Assembly: GCA_016176335.1 (NCBI GenBank)
Contig: JACOXI010000003.1
Coordinates: 386,477-450,476 of the forward strand
Origin: Candidatus Daviesbacteria bacterium
Lineage (GTDB): Bacteria; Patescibacteriota; Microgenomatia; Daviesbacterales; UBA10151
Direction: 5' to 3'
DNA: 64,000 bases
The notes under the pieces are model-generated. The model saw nothing but the letters and a program-made list of their open reading frames with translations. It had not been told where the DNA came from and made no database searches. The position numbers were made by a program, and so were the translations under genes. Positions 59,016-64,000 of this stretch are shown here, in pieces (within the stretch, counting starts at the first letter, position 1; the number at the start of each line of letters is the position of its first letter).

Positions 59016-59947
59016 ACAAATCCAGGAAGAAGTTAACACTTGTTACAGGAGCGGGAGGACTCTTGGGATACGCCATTCGACAGCTCGCTCCCAAAGATAC
59101 TGATTATATCACCCGCAGTGATGGAGATTTAACTGATTTTGCAAAGACGAAAAAGATATTTCAGAAAATCAAGCCTAACCAGGTTATACATCTGGCCGCT
59201 GAAGTAGCAGGTATTGGAGGCAATATGATGCATTCAGGTAAATTTTTCAGAGATAATATTATGATTAACATAAATATCTTTGAGGCTGCACGGATAAACG
59301 GCGTTGATAAACTTATCTCATTTATGTCTACTTGTGTTTTTCCTGATAAATGTAAGTATCCTCTAAATGAAAAGGATATTCAAAGCGGCCCCCCGCATCC
59401 TTCAAACTTTGGATACGCTTACGCAAAAAGGATGCTGGAAGTACAAAGTGCTGCTTATCGCAAAGAATGGGGCTGTAATTTTATCGTAGCTATACCTACC
59501 AATATATATGGTGAAAATGACTTTTGGAATTTAGAAGATGGCCATGTGGTACCCTCATTAATTCATAAATGTTTTCTGGCCAAAAAGAATAAAGAAGATT
59601 TCATAGTGTGGGGAAGTGGCAGGCCGCTACGTGAATTTGTTTATTCGCAGGATGTCGCCAAACTAATCTTATGGGCGATAGATGAATATAATGAGGAATC
59701 TCCCATTATTTTTACCAATAGCAAGGAGAGTAGCATTAAAGACCTTGTTGATCTGGTTGTAAGGGAAGTAGGTTTTAAAGGTAAAGTAATTTTTGATAGC
59801 ACAAAACCTGAGGGGCAATTTAGAAAACCATCTGATAATAGCAAGCTAAAAAAGTATCTACCTAATTTCAAATTCACCCCGCTTGATAAAGGTATTAAAA
59901 ATACAGTTGAGTGGTTTATCAAAAACTATCCAAATGTTCGAATGTAG
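59009..59947 (+). CDS. fcl: GDP-L-fucose synthase (GDP-4-keto-6-deoxy-D-mannose 3,5-epimerase/4-reductase), eukaryote/TSTA3-like
   Basis: LTLVTGAGGLLG...IHLAAEVAGIGGNMMH...STCVFPDKCKYPLNEKDIQSGPPHPSNFGYAYAKRM...IPTNIYGENDFWNLEDGHVVPSLIHK...VWGSGRPLREF. From memory, this aligns closely along its whole length with metazoan GDP-fucose synthase. Confidence 0.75.
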   Translation: MSNKSRKKLTLVTGAGGLLGYAIRQLAPKDTDYITRSDGDLTDFAKTKKIFQKIKPNQVIHLAAEVAGIGGNMMHSGKFFRDNIMININIFEAARINGVDKLISFMSTCVFPDKCKYPLNEKDIQSGPPHPSNFGYAYAKRMLEVQSAAYRKEWGCNFIVAIPTNIYGENDFWNLEDGHVVPSLIHKCFLAKKNKEDFIVWGSGRPLREFVYSQDVAKLILWAIDEYNEESPIIFTNSKESSIKDLVDLVVREVGFKGKVIFDSTKPEGQFRKPSDNSKLKKYLPNFKFTPLDKGIKNTVEWFIKNYPNVRM

Positions 59948-59952
59948 CAGCA

Positions 59953-60888
59953 ATGAATAATAATAGAATACATCTTACTCCAAGAGATTTTGAGGTTGTT
60001 TTTCAGGATAATTTATCTGAATTCGTAAAGAAAAAAATTAAACACTTTAATTTCTTAGCCCAAATGGTATCTGTACAGGATAGAGATAAGATTTTGTTAA
60101 AAATCATAAAGACTCTTCTTGACCCACAGGTGGCCAAAGCCGGTAGGCATAGGCAGCTGCAATGGGAAAAAGGGTGGGCAGAAAATTTGAAAGCATTAAA
60201 GAGCCATAAAATCGAGTCAATAATTCCTCTTTATTTTGGCAAGTATAATGTTGTTAGGTGGAGACAGGAATTTTTAAGGCCAAGATCTTCAAACTTTGAG
60301 TACAATATGTTGGCAGTAATACAATATTGGTTATTCGATAAATATTTAAGATCTGCAGAGTGTATTTATGAGTTTGGTTGTGGCACTGGTCACAATCTGC
60401 TAAGAGTGAGGGAGATTAATCCAAAAGCACAAATTTGGGGACTTGATTGGACTCACTCCTCACAAGAAATTATCAAAATGATAAGTGCTGATAAAAATGA
60501 CTCCAGATTATTTGCCGATAACTTCGACTTTTCTAATCCCGACAAAAATTTCAGTCTAAACAAAAAGTCAGTAGTATACACTGTTGCTGCGCTAGAGCAA
60601 TTAGGAGATAATTTTCAGCCCTTCATTGATTTTTTATTGGAGAAGAAACCTGAGATTTGTTTACACATTGAACCAATTGCCGAATTACTTAACGAAGAAA
60701 ATCTAGTTGATTATTTATCGATACTTTATTTTAAAAAAAGAAATTATCTCAGCGGATTTCTATTAAAATTACGGGAATTGAAAGAAGCAGGGAAAATCAA
60801 GATTCACATGGCCAAACGTACTTTCATTGGTAGTTTATATATCGAAGGTTATTCTGTCGTTGTCTGGTCTCCTGTTTTTAAAACTTAA
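59953..60888 (+). CDS. Class I SAM-dependent methyltransferase
   Basis: IYEFGCGTGHNLLRV (motif I). The preferred ATG at 59953 follows the fcl stop; the track start 59911 lies inside fcl. Confidence 0.55.
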   Translation: MNNNRIHLTPRDFEVVFQDNLSEFVKKKIKHFNFLAQMVSVQDRDKILLKIIKTLLDPQVAKAGRHRQLQWEKGWAENLKALKSHKIESIIPLYFGKYNVVRWRQEFLRPRSSNFEYNMLAVIQYWLFDKYLRSAECIYEFGCGTGHNLLRVREINPKAQIWGLDWTHSSQEIIKMISADKNDSRLFADNFDFSNPDKNFSLNKKSVVYTVAALEQLGDNFQPFIDFLLEKKPEICLHIEPIAELLNEENLVDYLSILYFKKRNYLSGFLLKLRELKEAGKIKIHMAKRTFIGSLYIEGYSVVVWSPVFKT

Positions 60889-61077
60889 TTGAAAGATTAT
60901 GGAGGCTGTTTCATCAAAAAGTTACCTACAACCAATATTATGAAATTTTCCCTAAATTTAAGGTGTCTTGCCTAAACTTCTTTGAGAAGATCCACCTTTT
61001 CCAAAAAGAAATGAGGACACTACTAACTAATAGTTTTCAACTAATTCCCACCCAAAAGTTGCAAATTGCAGTTAGTT

Positions 61078-61118
61078 AGGTATACCATTGCTAATACCTC
61101 TCTTCGGATTTCTTTTGA
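61078..61118 (+). terminator. Weak candidate hairpin plus T-rich tail in the convergent gap
   Basis: AGGTAT (61078-83) pairs with ATACCT (61094-99), leaving a 10-nt loop, and is followed by CTCTTCGGATTTCTTTTG. The stem is only 6 bp and AT-rich. Confidence 0.15.
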
Positions 61119-61146
61119 AAGTTCCTCGAGCTTTTTTAATTCCATG

Positions 61147-62226
61147 TTATTGCTTTAAATTTCTAAACCATTCTGAAGTAATTACTAAACCTTCATTTAA
61201 GGAGACAAAGGTTTTTTTTTTAAATTCAGAAAGATAGCGATTATTATCTAAGGTTAATATTAGTGGTGTACCTCTTACCGCTCTTTCTTTAAATTTGTTA
61301 TTAAATTTTGCCTGGTTAATTTGGGCTATTAATTTTGCAAGGTTTTTAATCGTAGTAGTTTCCTTACCGCATGCATTATAGACAATTTCTCTTCCGTTAA
61401 GCATTATATTTAAAAGCACCTCAATCATATCAGTTATGAAGCAAAAAGTTCGCTCCGCCAGGCCTTCATCCATCATTATAATTTCCTTCGCTTCTTGAGC
61501 TTTCTTTATAAATTCTGAAATTACCCGTTTATCATCATATTTTACTCCTGGACCATAGGCAATAAGCGCCCGAGCTATTTTAATTTTAATTTTTTTACTA
61601 AAAAGATAGCAAATAGTTTCGGCAAGGCGTTTTGATTCAGAGTAAATTGCCCGGTCTGTTAATGTATTCACATTACCAAAGTATGTTTCCTTTGTTGGAA
61701 CATGAGTTTTATCTGCCTCTCCATATACTTCTGCTGAGCTTAAATAAAGAAAAATTGCCCGGTTTTTCTCAGATTGTTCAAGAAGATCAAACAAGACATC
61801 TATATTTAGACTAACAGTTTCTTTTGGGTATTCTAAAAATTTTTTAGGTTGGGCGTAGGTTGCGCAATGAATAAGATATTGAAACTTGAGATTTTTTAAC
61901 AGTTCATTTTTTGTAAGGTCTCGTTGTATATACCTGATTGTTGCCGATTGCGGCATCCATAATTCTCGCGAAGATCGATGAATTGCTATAATCTTGAGAT
62001 TCAGTTTTTCTCTTTCGTTTAAAAAATCCAAGTAAGCTACGAGGTTTGATCCTATAAGTCCACTTGCTCCGGTAATGAGAATGGTTTTGTCTTTTAATTG
62101 GGTGCAGTTAAGAACGGTAATTGTGGAGTAATATTCTTGAATGAATTCTTGTAAAGTCTTCATACATTGGGTTATTCTACTCATTTTTTTATTGCGAAGC
62201 AACAAGCTTGTCTTATTTATTAGCAA
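61147..62226 (-). CDS. NAD-dependent epimerase/dehydratase (extended SDR)
   Basis: ILITGASGLIGSNLVAYL and YSESK (YxxxK). The start is uncertain: the maximal ORF starts at a TTG at 62226 with an AAGGA upstream, and in-frame ATGs lie at 62184 and 62163. Confidence 0.65.
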   Translation of the reverse strand: MLINKTSLLLRNKKMSRITQCMKTLQEFIQEYYSTITVLNCTQLKDKTILITGASGLIGSNLVAYLDFLNEREKLNLKIIAIHRSSRELWMPQSATIRYIQRDLTKNELLKNLKFQYLIHCATYAQPKKFLEYPKETVSLNIDVLFDLLEQSEKNRAIFLYLSSAEVYGEADKTHVPTKETYFGNVNTLTDRAIYSESKRLAETICYLFSKKIKIKIARALIAYGPGVKYDDKRVISEFIKKAQEAKEIIMMDEGLAERTFCFITDMIEVLLNIMLNGREIVYNACGKETTTIKNLAKLIAQINQAKFNNKFKERAVRGTPLILTLDNNRYLSEFKKKTFVSLNEGLVITSEWFRNLKQ

Positions 62227-62244
62227 TTACTTATCCTTCATATT

Positions 62245-63129
62245 GTGAGATTTCCTACAAAACTGTATACTATGTTAGATTTAAAAATAAGGAAAATGAG
62301 AGACAACTTACCTAAAATTTCTATAGTAATGCCTTGTCTTAATTCGGTCGACTTCATTGAAAGATCAATAAGATCAGTTATTGAACAAGAATATAAAAAT
62401 ATTGAACTCTTTATAAAAGACGGTGGTTCTAGTGATGGTACCTTAGAAATAATTAGACATTATGCTAAAAAGTACCCACGTTTACTAAGGTGGATTTCTG
62501 AAAAGGATAAAGGGCAGGCAGATGCAATTAATAAGGGTATGAAAAAAGTAAATGGAGATATTTTAACTCATTTAAACGCAGATGATGTTTATAAAGAGGG
62601 TGCATTAAGAAAAGTTTCCGAATATTTTATGAAAAATCCTAATGTAATGTGGGCATATGGTAAGGCTGATATTATAAATGCCAATGATAAGGAAATAAGA
62701 AGGTGGATTACTCTTTATAAGAATTTTTGGCTGAAAAATTATTCTTACAACACGCTTCTAGTGTTGAATTATATTTCTTCAATGGCTTGTTTTTGGAGAA
62801 AAGAGGCAGCCAAAGAGGTAGGAGAATCGGACATTAATCAGCCTTTTGTTATTGATTATCATTATTGGTTAAGACTAGGAAAAAAATATAAGGCAGGAGT
62901 TATAAATGAGTATCTTTCAAGTTTCAGAATAAGCTATTCAAATAAAAGCAGTATAGCTTTTGTTAAACAATTTCAAGATGAATTTAATGTTGCCAAGAGA
63001 TTTACCAATAATAATTTAATTCTTTTTTTACATCTTTTACATTATAACCTAATAATTTTTATATATTCCATTTTAAAAATTATTAAGAATTTTACTTCTA
63101 GAAATTCAAATATCCAGGGTAGTGCATAA
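62245..63129 (+). CDS. GT2-family glycosyltransferase (paralog of ORF 56180)
   Basis: LPKISIVMPCLNSVDFIERSIRSVIEQEYKNIELFIKDGGSSDGT...KDKGQADAINKG...NADDVY. Confidence 0.7.
   Translation: MRFPTKLYTMLDLKIRKMRDNLPKISIVMPCLNSVDFIERSIRSVIEQEYKNIELFIKDGGSSDGTLEIIRHYAKKYPRLLRWISEKDKGQADAINKGMKKVNGDILTHLNADDVYKEGALRKVSEYFMKNPNVMWAYGKADIINANDKEIRRWITLYKNFWLKNYSYNTLLVLNYISSMACFWRKEAAKEVGESDINQPFVIDYHYWLRLGKKYKAGVINEYLSSFRISYSNKSSIAFVKQFQDEFNVAKRFTNNNLILFLHLLHYNLIIFIYSILKIIKNFTSRNSNIQGSA

Positions 63130-64000
<871 letters not shown>

Noticed and set aside
61121-61140. CTCGAG followed by TTTTTT as an intrinsic terminator.
   Set aside because: The palindrome is only 6 bp (a 3-bp stem) and AT-rich, far too weak to be called a terminator.

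Overview
This AT-rich window (roughly one-third GC by eye, standard genetic code with TGA, TAA and TAG all used as stops) is one uninterrupted glycan-biosynthesis supercluster. Nearly every complete ORF looks like a glycosylation enzyme or a polytopic membrane glycosyltransferase candidate. I see no rRNA, tRNA, CRISPR array or obvious mobile element. Genes are tightly packed, mostly on the + strand, and many junctions are ATGA start/stop overlaps, which suggests translational coupling. The recognisable inventory follows. Six ArnT/PMT_2-type (GT39/83-like) GT-C membrane transferases, three of them in tandem. Four proteins with a YfhO-type C-terminal module, two of them giants of 850 and 1155 aa. 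Two paralogous large 'HDGxWH' membrane proteins, one with a large N-terminal periplasmic domain. Two further membrane paralogs of unknown family, and one PIG-V/GT76-like protein. Two Wzx/MOP-type flippases. Three Dpm1/GtrB-like polyprenol-phosphate sugar synthases, one followed by a DUF2304 membrane protein. About twelve GT2 and seven GT4 soluble glycosyltransferases. Seven class I SAM methyltransferases, one fused to a GT2. A nucleotide-sugar 6-dehydrogenase and four SDR epimerase/dehydratases. Two GDP-L-fucose-synthase-like reductases, one eukaryote/TSTA3-like and one bacterial Fcl-like, the latter truncated at the window end. A split transketolase (N- and C-terminal subunits) embedded in and translationally coupled to the glycosyltransferase operon. 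No priming phosphoglycosyltransferase, Wzy polymerase, ABC exporter, Gmd or ManB/ManC is visible in the window. The overall picture is a lipid-linked monosaccharide (polyprenol-P-sugar) route with periplasmic GT-C transfer, analogous to O-mannosylation, plus an unusual dedicated methyl/deoxy-sugar branch. The style is typical of low-GC, compact-genome uncultivated lineages (for example CPR-like), but I cannot assign taxonomy from sequence alone. All family assignments rest on motifs recognised by eye, not on searches.
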